From: Bacilli bacterium
GTDB lineage: Bacteria > Bacillota_I > Bacilli_A > RFN20 > CAG-826
NCBI GenBank assembly: GCA_900767825.1
Contig: CAAGAN010000033.1
Span: forward strand, 128,533 to 192,532
Length of the DNA: 64,000 nucleotides
Direction: 5' to 3'
Every line of letters begins with the position of its first letter. The first letter of the stretch is position 1. A program made the translations under genes and the position numbers. Positions 1 to 9,697 of this stretch are shown here, one piece after another. The notes under the pieces are model-generated. The model worked only from the letters and a program-made list of their open reading frames with translations, was not told the origin of the DNA and made no database searches.

Positions 1-369
1 GAAGAATCCATCAATTGAAGTTAAAACCTTGCCAATTAAGATAAGGTGTTTGACACTAGATTTAGCAACAAAAGAAACCGGAGTCGGAGATAAGGCTATA
101 AGCATAACGATATCTAAGACAGAAATATGATCAGAAACTAGGATGGTCCTAGAATTTCTATTAAGCAAATATTCTTTATTCTCTACATCTAGTTCGATTT
201 TAAAGCCTTTGCAAACCTTTAAGGCTAGTTTCCTAATCCTAAAATATCTTTCCTCAATTGGATATTTCTTTGGGTTCTTCGAATATCTAAGAAGATAAAA
301 GAAATAATAATGCGCGATTGAGGGGAAATATCTAAGAAGCAATAACGAAAACTTAATAATTTTTTTCAT
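1..369 (-). CDS. plsC: 1-acyl-sn-glycerol-3-phosphate acyltransferase family protein (PlsC-like); C-terminal part lies beyond the window
   Basis: Not in the ORF track because it runs off the window. Manual translation from ATG at 369-367 gives MKKIIKFSLLLLRYF...NSRTILVSDHISVLDIVML. It has an N-terminal hydrophobic segment and the HxxxxD acyltransferase motif (DHISVLD). Confidence 0.65.
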   Translation of the reverse strand, partial: MKKIIKFSLLLLRYFPSIAHYYFFYLLRYSKNPKKYPIEERYFRIRKLALKVCKGFKIELDVENKEYLLNRNSRTILVSDHISVLDIVMLIALSPTPVSFVAKSSVKHLILIGKVLTSIDGFF

Positions 370-402
370 ACCCCTTTACTATAAACCAAATGAAGAAAAA
401 AA

Positions 403-699
403 CTACTCTACGGTTACGAATTTTTGCATTTTTTCAGGAAGAGAAAATACTTCTTCTAGTTCCCCTATTATAATCAACCCTTCTTTTTCATCCATCTCTA
501 GTCTTCCCTTAATGATGACTAGGCATCCTTCTTTTCCCCTATAAAATGAAGAGGTTTCATTTAACATGGAACGGACTTTGAAGCAATCGGTGACATATTT
601 TCCTCCATCTAAAGGCAAAACACGGTCCACTTCGACAATACGGAGGCCGTTAGGCAATACTTTTCCAAGACGACCCGACAAAAAAACAGACGAAATCAT
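403..699 (-). CDS. small OB-fold SSB-like protein lacking an acidic C-terminal tail
   Basis: 98-aa ORF with ATG preceded by AGGAGA. VFLSGRLGK ... DCFKV ... EGCLVIIKGRLE mirrors the SSB strand motifs (LVGRLTK, DF..V, KGSLV.V.GRL). Confidence 0.4.
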   Translation of the reverse strand: MISSVFLSGRLGKVLPNGLRIVEVDRVLPLDGGKYVTDCFKVRSMLNETSSFYRGKEGCLVIIKGRLEMDEKEGLIIIGELEEVFSLPEKMQKFVTVE

Positions 700-733
700 A
701 AAATTCTCCTATAATTTTTTGCGGGAAATAGAC

Positions 734-2818
734 TCAAATATAATAAATAAGGCAAGAACGCTTAGGAATTATCCTAGTTTCTTTTGTTTTTGAAGTTTCA
801 AGCAAATTAACTTCATAAACACTAGATGGGAGGTTTATGTCAACTGGAGTTGGATTGAAATAGAATCCAATTTCCTTATGGGGATAAACTAGGCTAGAAA
901 GGATAAAGCTAACCTTTATAGACCCAAAATACTCCCCGACATAAGTCGATGAATCAATAACTCTAGGATCAAAAAGAGTCAAAAATCTTGATGATTTCCT
1001 AAATTTAATAAGCTCGACGAAGTAATTATACATCGACTTTCTTTTTTCTAGTAATGAATATGAAAATTTATTGTAATAATCACCTTCGTTATATGTATTC
1101 TCGTGATTAAACTTGGATTGTCCTATTTCTTGTCCAGCATGGAAAAATGGGATTCCAAACGAAAGCATTGTAAAGGCGTTAGTTAAATTTATTATCTTGC
1201 ATTTATCTTCTTCGCTTAAGTTATGGTTCAGCTTTTCCAAAGCATCAAAAAGAGTCATATTGTCATGACATTCGACATAATTTATCGATTGATTGGCATT
1301 TAGAAACTTTGCCTTCGCATGGAAATCGATGCAGCTGCCAATATAACTATTCATAGCATTTCCTAGATTATATAAATCTCCGCTACAATATTTCTTCACG
1401 GACTCTCTAAAGAAATCATTGAAGAAACCAACATTGGGCATCAAGGCATAATTAGACATATTAGCTAGAGGTACATTCACCTCGCCACCCATATTCCAAC
1501 CTTCTCCATAGAAAATGATGTCAGGTTTAATTTTCTTACACTTGCAATAAGCTTCATTAATCGTATTTACATCATTTATTCCCATTAAATCGAATCTAAA
1601 TCCATCGATGCCATAAGTAGAGACAAAGAAAGTAAGGCAATCGATTATAAGTTTGGAAACCATCCTTTTTTCACTTGCCAAGTCATTGCCGCATCCACTA
1701 GTAGAAGCTAATTGGCCATTATGTCTCTTCCTAAAATAAAATGATGGGATTACTTTCTCGAATACGGATTTTTCATATTGATAGACGTGGTTAAATACAA
1801 CATCCATTACAACCCTAATCCCAGCTTTATGGAAACTAGAGACCATCTTCTTGAATTCGACAATTCTAGAATAAGGATCTTCTGGATTAGTGGAATAAGA
1901 GCCTTCAAGAGCAAAATATTGAGCTGGATCATAACCCCAGTTATATCCTTTTTCAGGATGGAGTTCATCTACGCTTTTAAAATCAAACACAGGTAATAAC
2001 TGTATATGGGTGATACCAAGTGATTTTATATAATCAAAGCCTGCTTTCATCCCGCCCAATGAAGTCCTATTTTCTTCAATTAGTCCAAGGAATTTTCCTT
2101 TATTTACTATATTTGTATAGCTAGAGATAGTCATATCCCTGACATTTGCTTCATATATTATCGATTCAGTTGGAGAAGATAAAACAGGGAGGCATTCCAA
2201 GTTATCTTTAATAGATGAAACCTTGGAAAAGTCGATAACGGCGCTATATTTGCCATTTGCTGTCGATCCTTTTGCATATGGATCAGTAACCTCGGTATCA
2301 ACTTCGTTATTCCTAACTACATAATAATAAAGCGCACCTTCATGATCCCCTTCTATCTTTATCTTATAAACACCACAGCTAAATCTATCCATTGGATAAA
2401 GCTTGAAAAATTCCTCTTTTTTATCTTTTAAAGCTAGATAAACTTTTGATGCCAAAGGGGCAAAAAGGGCAAAAGAAGTTTCATTTTTTGAATAAGTCGC
2501 ACCTAAATCATCGCCACCATAATAATATTTCTTCTCAAAATCAATAAAGGAAGTTGCTTCGCTTACATCTAGAGGAACTCTTCCATATTGAGGGGAAGTG
2601 ACAAAATAGGAATGTCCTAATTCCAATTCTTTTTCAAGGACAAAGTCAACCATGCACAATGAAGGCAAGGAAGATATCTTTCCATTTCCCAATTTAATAA
2701 AGGAAGTATCATCAATCTCAAGAATCGGAGAGAATTTTTCCCAAGGAAGAGAAGAGAAGATTACAACTCTAATAAGTTTTGGTTCGATTAATTTGGCACT
2801 GACATAGGTATTTTTCAT
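734..2818 (-). CDS. pulA: type I pullulanase / debranching enzyme (GH13), no signal peptide
   Basis: 694 aa. Motifs: YNWGYDP (type I pullulanase signature), GFRFDLMG, YGEGW, YVECHDN (GH13 catalytic regions). The N-terminus is not hydrophobic. Confidence 0.9.
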   Translation of the reverse strand: MKNTYVSAKLIEPKLIRVVIFSSLPWEKFSPILEIDDTSFIKLGNGKISSLPSLCMVDFVLEKELELGHSYFVTSPQYGRVPLDVSEATSFIDFEKKYYYGGDDLGATYSKNETSFALFAPLASKVYLALKDKKEEFFKLYPMDRFSCGVYKIKIEGDHEGALYYYVVRNNEVDTEVTDPYAKGSTANGKYSAVIDFSKVSSIKDNLECLPVLSSPTESIIYEANVRDMTISSYTNIVNKGKFLGLIEENRTSLGGMKAGFDYIKSLGITHIQLLPVFDFKSVDELHPEKGYNWGYDPAQYFALEGSYSTNPEDPYSRIVEFKKMVSSFHKAGIRVVMDVVFNHVYQYEKSVFEKVIPSFYFRKRHNGQLASTSGCGNDLASEKRMVSKLIIDCLTFFVSTYGIDGFRFDLMGINDVNTINEAYCKCKKIKPDIIFYGEGWNMGGEVNVPLANMSNYALMPNVGFFNDFFRESVKKYCSGDLYNLGNAMNSYIGSCIDFHAKAKFLNANQSINYVECHDNMTLFDALEKLNHNLSEEDKCKIINLTNAFTMLSFGIPFFHAGQEIGQSKFNHENTYNEGDYYNKFSYSLLEKRKSMYNYFVELIKFRKSSRFLTLFDPRVIDSSTYVGEYFGSIKVSFILSSLVYPHKEIGFYFNPTPVDINLPSSVYEVNLLETSKTKETRIIPKRSCLIYYI

Positions 2819-2821
2819 AAA

Positions 2822-5740
2822 TTATAAGTTGAAGGTAGTTTCAGATTGACTTAAAGATCCTGGATTTTCGCTTTCATTATCTTTCTTATCGCTAGAATGA
2901 ACCAATACTTGGCATCCTTTCGATGAAGATGGGGTATCGCTACTAGATGCAACAATTCCCTCAGCCTGAAGCCTGGCAAATATTTTACCAGCCCTAGGGA
3001 AGCCGACTCCATAAGTCCTTTGGATAAAGGAAATAGAAGCATAATCCTTAGTCATGATATCGTTTTTGATAAGCTGGTATTTTTCTTCTTGGGAGGCGTT
3101 CTTGATTTCTTCAGCCGATATTCCACCTTCCCCATTATTTTCATTGGTTGGAGATTCAGTATCAGTTAAATCAAGGAAAGTCTCGTCATAAACAACGCTT
3201 TGTTGATCCCTAACAAAATTAGCAACAGCACTAATTTCTTTATTCTCAACCATTGGGCATTGACATCTAACGAATTCTTTTTTGGCAACCAAGGAGCAAT
3301 CAACAAGCATATCGCCGTGCCCTGCTAATTCTTCAGCACCACCTTGGCCTAAAATAACGGTAGAATCGATAGCGTTCGCAGTCATAAGGGCAACCCTAAC
3401 AGGCAAGTTGGCCTTGATTGTACCAGTAATAATCTTAGCATCAGGTCTTTGTGTTGCTATAAATAAATGTATACCGGCAGCCCTAGCTTTGGCAGCAAGC
3501 TTTAATACATAGCTAGAAATATCCTTTTCAGAATCAACCAAATCAGAATATTCGTCAAGGAAAGCCACGATAAATGGCATCTTTTCTAGTCCGTTAGGTT
3601 CAGCATATTCCTCGTTATATTCTCTAATACCTGAAACAGTCGCATTTTCAAGCATTTCATAACGTCTTTCCATTTCATCGCAAAGCTTCTTAAGACAAAT
3701 CTTGGCTTCAGAAGCGGTTTTGATAATTGGACAAAGCAAATGAGGCAAATCCTTATATTTAGATAATTCAACGCGTTTTGGGTCGACCATGACTATCTTT
3801 AAGTCCTCAGGACGGTTTCTCATTATTAAAGTCATAATGACCGAATGCATGTAGATAGATTTACCTGAACCTGTCGTACCTGCTACTAACATGTGAGGGA
3901 ATTTAGATAAATCGGCTGAAACGACTTTTCCTTCGATATTGACGCCAAATGGGATATATAGGTTCTTCCCTTTTCCAGTAGGCATGCCATCAATTACTTC
4001 CTTAAAGTCGACGATACGGGTGTTTTTATTGGCAATTTCGATTGCAGATGTATCTTTTCCTGCAACCATTTCGGCAAATCTAGTAGGGACACCACCAAGT
4101 TTTACTCCGATATCAACCATGCATTTGCCTAATCCAGAGACAGAGAAATTATCATCGCATTTGACATCATATCTCGTAACTGAAGGCCCAATTACGTAAG
4201 AAACGACATGGGCGCCAATCTTTAAATTAGAAAAGATATCATTAATAAGCTCGCTATTGTGGCTACATTCTTCTTCCATCTGAGCTTTATTTTGGGCATC
4301 ATCATGAACAACTAATAAATCAGTCCCAGGAAAAGTATATCTTGGCAAAGGTTTTGCCTTCTTAAATAAGACATTTTGCTCGACTGGAGCACTATTTTGA
4401 TTATTAGGCGTGGCTATTTGAGCTGGTTTGGGTTTAGTATCTTCCATTGGTTTATTTTCAGCTAACCTAGCCTCTTCCATAGGCTTGCTAAAGGAAGAAG
4501 AAGTAATTATTGTGGTTTCTAGGTTAAGATTATCCTTCCTAGAATCATTTTCTACTTGTTGAGTAGAAGAATTATCATTAACTTCGTTTTTGTTCTCAAA
4601 TACGGACATATTTTGATTTGGTTTAGCCTCTTCGTTAACGATATTCCCCAAAAGAGGATTAGAAACAACATTGCTTTCTTCTTTCGTTTCTTCGATTGGA
4701 GTTTCTTCTTCGACCTCTACTTTTTCTTCCTTAACAAATGAAGGCTTAGAAATAGATGGATGTGTCTCCAATTTTTCTTCCTTGATTTCGGGAATAATTG
4801 GCTTAGCTTCTTCTTTTTCAATAACAATTTCTTCATTGCTAATAGGAGTAGAAAACACTGCTTCGCGCAATCCAGATGTCGAAACTGAATTATTCGCATA
4901 TAGATTTGGGGAAGGATTATTTATCTCGCTTGGGCCTAAATCGGAAAAGGATGGCAAAGGTGAATTGGAGGCTTTCTTTCTAGAAGGAAGAGGAACATCA
5001 CCTGCCGGCTCGAAAACAAACGAAGTCAAAGGATTTTCGACTGGTTTATCTTCAAAGAAGGAATTATCCTCCTCTTCAGGAGCAATAATAGGTTCTTCTT
5101 TTTTATCTTCTACTACACGTTCTACCTTGTTGGCTTCATATCCATCAATATTGAATTGTTCAATTTCTTCTTGGTTAGATTTTTTAGCCTTAGACAAAAC
5201 TCTTCTAGCCTTCATTAATTTAAATAAAGATATAAATTTATCTAGGAAAAGGAAGAATATTAACAATAATCCTAATAAAGATAGAACTAAGATTACTAAC
5301 CATAATCCAGTTGATCTAAACATTATTCCATCAAAGAAATATCCGATTAATCCTCCACCGCTAGAAAAATCAAATGGGACCTTCAATGCTCCTTTTTCTG
5401 CAAGAAGGGAATCAAAGAAAGGCTCTAATGAACTAGAAGAAATATATTGTTTATTAAAAATAACCGAGAATAAGGACGATAAAAATAATAAGGAAAACAC
5501 TAATCCGATATAGTGGTAATAACGGATTTTAAATAAAGGCGATAGCAAAAGGAAATATATTCCTAGAAAAATAATGAATGAGCAAATCAAAATATGCCCA
5601 ATCATGCCAAATAGGCAAACAAAAGGATAAGCTAACGGATAAAGGTGGGTTCCTGGGGACAATAAAATCAATAATCCAATCAAAGATAAGAAAAATCCAC
5701 CCAATTTCTTTATATTTTTTTGATAGTCAAAACGTTTCAT
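2822..5740 (-). CDS. ftsK: DNA translocase FtsK/SpoIIIE
   Basis: 972 aa. N-terminal TM segments, then a long Pro/Glu/Ser/Asn-rich linker, Walker A VAGTTGSGKS, Walker B FLDEYSDL, and a C-terminal winged-helix gamma-like segment (SISFIQRTYGVGFPRAGKIFARLQAEGIV). AGAGGG RBS. Confidence 0.92.
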   Translation of the reverse strand: MKRFDYQKNIKKLGGFFLSLIGLLILLSPGTHLYPLAYPFVCLFGMIGHILICSFIIFLGIYFLLLSPLFKIRYYHYIGLVFSLLFLSSLFSVIFNKQYISSSSLEPFFDSLLAEKGALKVPFDFSSGGGLIGYFFDGIMFRSTGLWLVILVLSLLGLLLIFFLFLDKFISLFKLMKARRVLSKAKKSNQEEIEQFNIDGYEANKVERVVEDKKEEPIIAPEEEDNSFFEDKPVENPLTSFVFEPAGDVPLPSRKKASNSPLPSFSDLGPSEINNPSPNLYANNSVSTSGLREAVFSTPISNEEIVIEKEEAKPIIPEIKEEKLETHPSISKPSFVKEEKVEVEEETPIEETKEESNVVSNPLLGNIVNEEAKPNQNMSVFENKNEVNDNSSTQQVENDSRKDNLNLETTIITSSSFSKPMEEARLAENKPMEDTKPKPAQIATPNNQNSAPVEQNVLFKKAKPLPRYTFPGTDLLVVHDDAQNKAQMEEECSHNSELINDIFSNLKIGAHVVSYVIGPSVTRYDVKCDDNFSVSGLGKCMVDIGVKLGGVPTRFAEMVAGKDTSAIEIANKNTRIVDFKEVIDGMPTGKGKNLYIPFGVNIEGKVVSADLSKFPHMLVAGTTGSGKSIYMHSVIMTLIMRNRPEDLKIVMVDPKRVELSKYKDLPHLLCPIIKTASEAKICLKKLCDEMERRYEMLENATVSGIREYNEEYAEPNGLEKMPFIVAFLDEYSDLVDSEKDISSYVLKLAAKARAAGIHLFIATQRPDAKIITGTIKANLPVRVALMTANAIDSTVILGQGGAEELAGHGDMLVDCSLVAKKEFVRCQCPMVENKEISAVANFVRDQQSVVYDETFLDLTDTESPTNENNGEGGISAEEIKNASQEEKYQLIKNDIMTKDYASISFIQRTYGVGFPRAGKIFARLQAEGIVASSSDTPSSSKGCQVLVHSSDKKDNESENPGSLSQSETTFNL

Positions 5741-5783
5741 ATTACCCTCTAAAATAAATAAGCAATAAATAAATTATTTAGGA

Positions 5784-7451
5784 TTAAATTTCGATAATAA
5801 GCGGGACGACCATCGGCTCTTTGCCGGTGCTTCTTCTAATGACACGAAGACATCTTTCATAGACATTTTGCTTCATTTCATTGGAATTATAGATTGGTTT
5901 TTCTAGGAATTCCCCGACTGTAGAAAGGAATACTTTCGAGATTTCTTTTCCTACGGTTTCGGCTTCCCTAGAGAAAAGGAATCCTCTCATTTGGATATCC
6001 GGGCCAGCAATTATCTTTCTAGCCTTTTTATTAATAGTTAAGGAAAGCAAGACAACACCTTCGGCCAATTTAGCCCTATCTTCGAGGACTTGTTTGGAAA
6101 CATCGCCAATCCCTTCCCCATCGATTAATAAATCGCCATGAGTAATAACATCAGCATCCATCTTAGCCCCTGCATTGGTAATAGTTACGGTCGAACCATT
6201 TTCCATTACAAATACGTTTTGGTGATTCAAGTTAACTCCCATTGATAAGGCAAGCATGCCATTATGAAGCAAATCCTTATAGAAACCACGCACTGGGATG
6301 TAATATTTTGGTTTAAGTAAAGATACCATCATCTTTAAGTCTTCTTCAGAAGCGTGCATCCTAAGGAATCTCTTCTTGGAAATAAGATTTACATGGCAGC
6401 CTGAACGGAAGAGTTCATCGGCTGCATCGGTATATTCGATTTCTGAATTGTCATCGCTCATCGAAGCAATTATGAATGTATCGGTTGGTTTTAATTTGAT
6501 ACGCTTATCTTCGTTTTGGCCAGATGCAAGCAAGGCAATCTTTCTGAATAATCTCGAACCAAATCCCATCATCAAAATAACGGTATCTTGGTCACGGACG
6601 CGGAGAATATCATCCAAGGAAGCGTAATTTTCCCTAGGGATAAGAAGTTCATTGCAAGCTTGTAAGGTTGCTAATATCGAAGCAGCTGATTCGTCGTAGC
6701 AAATTATTTTCTTATTATTTGCAATGACTAAACTAATTAATTCGGATACGTTATATAAATCATTGGAGAAAATAGAGATAAATACCCTACCTTCAGCATT
6801 TTTGATAGTTTCTTCGATATGTGGAGTCAATTTATATAAAGGGGCTGTATAGCCAGGTTTACCAGCATAGATTGATTCAGAAAGAAGGGCCAATGTTGGT
6901 CTTTCTGCAATCTTAGCAATAGCATTCATATCGTTTAAATACGATGGAGACGCCGCATTTTCAACGACGAAATCGCTCATGAAAACAATATTCCCTAAGC
7001 TTGTTGAAATAGAAATACCGCTGCTACCAGCAATATTATGGGCAGTATGGAAGAAAGAAATATCTCTCTTACCAACTTTGAAATTAGAGGTAGGCTCGAC
7101 AATATGGAAATCGAATTTGATATCTTTCTTAATATGCTTAGTGAACATATCAAGCATGGCATAAGTCACTTTTGAGCAATAAATCGGGGCTGGTGCCTCG
7201 GAATAAACATAGGAAAGTGCGCCGATGCAATCATCGTGTCCATGAGTTAAAAAATAAGCCTTGATGCGGGATTTATTTTCTACTAGATAATCAAATCTAG
7301 GGATAACATAATCAACTCCAGGCATAGTCTTGTCCGGATCCCTGACTCCACAATCGAGGACATATATTTCGTCATCAACTTCTAGGCAATAACAATTCTT
7401 GCCCTCTTCATCAAGGCCACCCAAGGCAAATAATCTAATTTTTTCGTCCAT
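5784..7451 (-). CDS. rnj: ribonuclease J
   Basis: 555 aa. Metallo-beta-lactamase/beta-CASP layout with LTHGHDDCIGAL; the N-terminus IRLFALGGLDEEGKNCY is typical of RNase J. Confidence 0.9.
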   Translation of the reverse strand: MDEKIRLFALGGLDEEGKNCYCLEVDDEIYVLDCGVRDPDKTMPGVDYVIPRFDYLVENKSRIKAYFLTHGHDDCIGALSYVYSEAPAPIYCSKVTYAMLDMFTKHIKKDIKFDFHIVEPTSNFKVGKRDISFFHTAHNIAGSSGISISTSLGNIVFMSDFVVENAASPSYLNDMNAIAKIAERPTLALLSESIYAGKPGYTAPLYKLTPHIEETIKNAEGRVFISIFSNDLYNVSELISLVIANNKKIICYDESAASILATLQACNELLIPRENYASLDDILRVRDQDTVILMMGFGSRLFRKIALLASGQNEDKRIKLKPTDTFIIASMSDDNSEIEYTDAADELFRSGCHVNLISKKRFLRMHASEEDLKMMVSLLKPKYYIPVRGFYKDLLHNGMLALSMGVNLNHQNVFVMENGSTVTITNAGAKMDADVITHGDLLIDGEGIGDVSKQVLEDRAKLAEGVVLLSLTINKKARKIIAGPDIQMRGFLFSREAETVGKEISKVFLSTVGEFLEKPIYNSNEMKQNVYERCLRVIRRSTGKEPMVVPLIIEI

Positions 7452-7545
7452 ATAAAGCTCCGATAAATTGGCTTGAAGCCATATCTAATTTTCAAATCTC
7501 CTTTATTATAAAGGAAAGTACTTAATAAATCGATATGAAAGCGGT

Positions 7546-8088
7546 TTAAAATAAGTCAAGGAATTTAACTGGCAAATCATCATCTAGTTTCCTTATTTCT
7601 AGATGCATTCCATCCATAACTCCATAAGTCGCTGGATTGCCATTTTTTGGGAAAGAAGTAGATCCTGGGTTGAAATAAATAACCCCATCTTCTTTCTTTA
7701 ACATATATACGTGGGTATGTCCAAACATCAAAATGTCCCCACGTTCGACATTTAAGATATCGGAAGTAAGCAAATCCCCGTGGACCATATCAACCCTAAA
7801 TCCATTAAGATAGACAACTCTTGAATCTTGAATCGGGAACTTAAGCAAAGTTTCATCAATCCTAGAATCGCAGTTGCCTTTCACTCCGGTTATTAAATGA
7901 GCATATTTATTAAGAATGATCGAAGTTCCCATCGGATCATAATCCTGAGGAACCCCATTGCGTGGCCCATTATAAAGATAGTCGCCAAGCAAAATAATCT
8001 TATCGGGATTGTAGCGTTGGAAAAGTTTATCTAGCTTCTTAGCCGCTAGAATCCTTCCATGTATATCAGACGCGATAAGAATCCTCAT
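7546..8088 (-). CDS. yfcE: YfcE/MJ0936-family metallophosphoesterase
   Basis: 180 aa. Motif series SDIHG, LLGDYL, KGNCD, FGHTH. Confidence 0.75.
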   Translation of the reverse strand: MRILIASDIHGRILAAKKLDKLFQRYNPDKIILLGDYLYNGPRNGVPQDYDPMGTSIILNKYAHLITGVKGNCDSRIDETLLKFPIQDSRVVYLNGFRVDMVHGDLLTSDILNVERGDILMFGHTHVYMLKKEDGVIYFNPGSTSFPKNGNPATYGVMDGMHLEIRKLDDDLPVKFLDLF

Positions 8089-8090
8089 AA

Positions 8091-8435
8091 TTATTCCTTA
8101 ATATCTCTAGTAGTTACCAAGGCTACTCCACTTCCTGCTAGATTATCGCAAACGACTTGTCCCATCTTAACAGGAGCCTTTAAATGTATTTTATTGACAT
8201 CTTTCATGGCTAAAATAACCAAGTCTTTTTTAATAGGTGCAACGCTTTTTACAGGGCAAACACGAAGAAGCTTGGAATCGACTCTAACTGTACTAGTCAA
8301 AGTACGTCTAGGATCAGTAATTTCCTGGATAGCATACTTCTCGCCCCTAGGGCAAGAATTTCCACTAACCTTATTATTATCATCAATAAGAAGATGGCAG
8401 CCTCTAGGACAGACAATGCAAGTTAGTTCTTTCAT
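8091..8435 (-). CDS. DUF1667 domain protein (small Cys-rich partner of the GlpA/GlpB-like oxidoreductases)
   Basis: 114 aa. CIVCPRGCHL ... CPRGEKY Cys motifs. ATGA start/stop overlap with the upstream gene. Confidence 0.7.
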   Translation of the reverse strand: MKELTCIVCPRGCHLLIDDNNKVSGNSCPRGEKYAIQEITDPRRTLTSTVRVDSKLLRVCPVKSVAPIKKDLVILAMKDVNKIHLKAPVKMGQVVCDNLAGSGVALVTTRDIKE

Positions 8436-9697
8436 TTTACATCCTCCTTATTAACTAGTGAAACCTTGAGAGTTTTATAGTTTTTATTTAGTAGATTTTT
8501 ATCAAGTTTGTAAATTTCCATTTCACTAGGTATAATCGCCATTTTATATACTTTTTTGATAACATTTCCATCACAAGAGTATTCAATATAGACATTCTTA
8601 CTTGGCTTACGAACTCTAAACTTAATTTCAATAGAATCCATAGCGTTATCTAAATCAATTGTAGAAGGCACAACATAGCCAATTCCATCACCGGCAATTG
8701 TAGAAATTTCATGCTCTCCTTTATTGAGTTTTCCTTTTAGATAGGTAGCGGCACCTAACCCTGCTAACCTACCTTCTTCTACAACATAATCAACTAGGTC
8801 ATGGACATGCAATACGTTCCCGCAAGAGAAGATTCCTTCAACTTCGGTTTCCATATGTTCATTGACACAAGAACCTCTAGACCTAGATTGGGGGATTCCA
8901 ATGTTATTTAGCAAGGCATTATTAGGTAATAAACCGACAGAAAGCATCAATGTATCAACATCAAATCTTTGTTCGGTTCCTTTTATTGGTTGTAGTTTAT
9001 CATCGACTTTAGAAATCTCGATAGCCTCTAATTTATCCTTGCCAATTATGTTTGCAACTGTATGGGACAAATATAGAGGGATATTAAAATCAATAAGGCA
9101 TTGTTGGATATTTCTATTCAATCCATTTGAATAAGGCATAAGTTCTGCTACACCTAATACTTTCGCCCCTTCTAGTGTCATTCTTCTAGCCATAATAAGG
9201 CCGATATCGCCACTACCGAGGATAAATACCTTCTTGCCAACTAAATATCCATATTCATTTAGATAAAGCTGGGCCTGGCCTGCCGTGATGACTCCAGCTG
9301 GTCTTTCTCCAGGAATTCCAATCGCTCCGGCGCTTCTTTCAAGGCAACCAGCAGCCATAATGATTGCTTTAGCCTCTATTTGAACCGCACCTTCGCTAGA
9401 ATTAACATAAGTAACAACTTTGTCTTTAGTCAAGGAAGTAACATAACTATTCAATTTATAAGGGATATGCCTTTCTTCGACTTGGTTAACAAATCTAGTA
9501 AGGAATTCTGGACCAGTTAATTCTTCTTTAAATTCATGTAGGCCAAATCCATTATGGATGCATTGATTAAGAATTCCTCCGAGAAATTCGCCCTTTTCTA
9601 GAATTAATATATCTTTTATCCCTTCATCATAGGCTTTAATCGCAGCAGCCATTCCAGCACTGCCACCACCTATAATTAATAAATCTACCTTTTTCAT
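8432..9697 (-). CDS. FAD/NAD(P)-dependent pyridine-nucleotide-disulfide-type oxidoreductase (GlpB-like subunit)
   Basis: 421 aa. LLIIGGGSAGMAAA and a second Rossmann motif VFILGSGDIGLIMA. ATGA overlap with the upstream gene. Confidence 0.8.
   Translation of the reverse strand: MKKVDLLIIGGGSAGMAAAIKAYDEGIKDILILEKGEFLGGILNQCIHNGFGLHEFKEELTGPEFLTRFVNQVEERHIPYKLNSYVTSLTKDKVVTYVNSSEGAVQIEAKAIIMAAGCLERSAGAIGIPGERPAGVITAGQAQLYLNEYGYLVGKKVFILGSGDIGLIMARRMTLEGAKVLGVAELMPYSNGLNRNIQQCLIDFNIPLYLSHTVANIIGKDKLEAIEISKVDDKLQPIKGTEQRFDVDTLMLSVGLLPNNALLNNIGIPQSRSRGSCVNEHMETEVEGIFSCGNVLHVHDLVDYVVEEGRLAGLGAATYLKGKLNKGEHEISTIAGDGIGYVVPSTIDLDNAMDSIEIKFRVRKPSKNVYIEYSCDGNVIKKVYKMAIIPSEMEIYKLDKNLLNKNYKTLKVSLVNKEDVK

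Noticed and set aside
4671-5513. 280-aa plus-strand ORF (and shorter ones nearby) antisense to ftsK
   Set aside because: It lies entirely inside the low-complexity linker of ftsK. Its Ser-rich product is the mirror image of a Glu/Lys/Pro-rich coding strand. It has no RBS, and ftsK is strongly supported on the other strand.
7452-7545. Hairpins in the RNase J leader (CCTTTAT/ATAAAGG and GGCTT/AAGCC) as regulatory structures
   Set aside because: The stems are short and AT-rich with loops too small to be stable. No U-tract or conserved motif allows a confident call.
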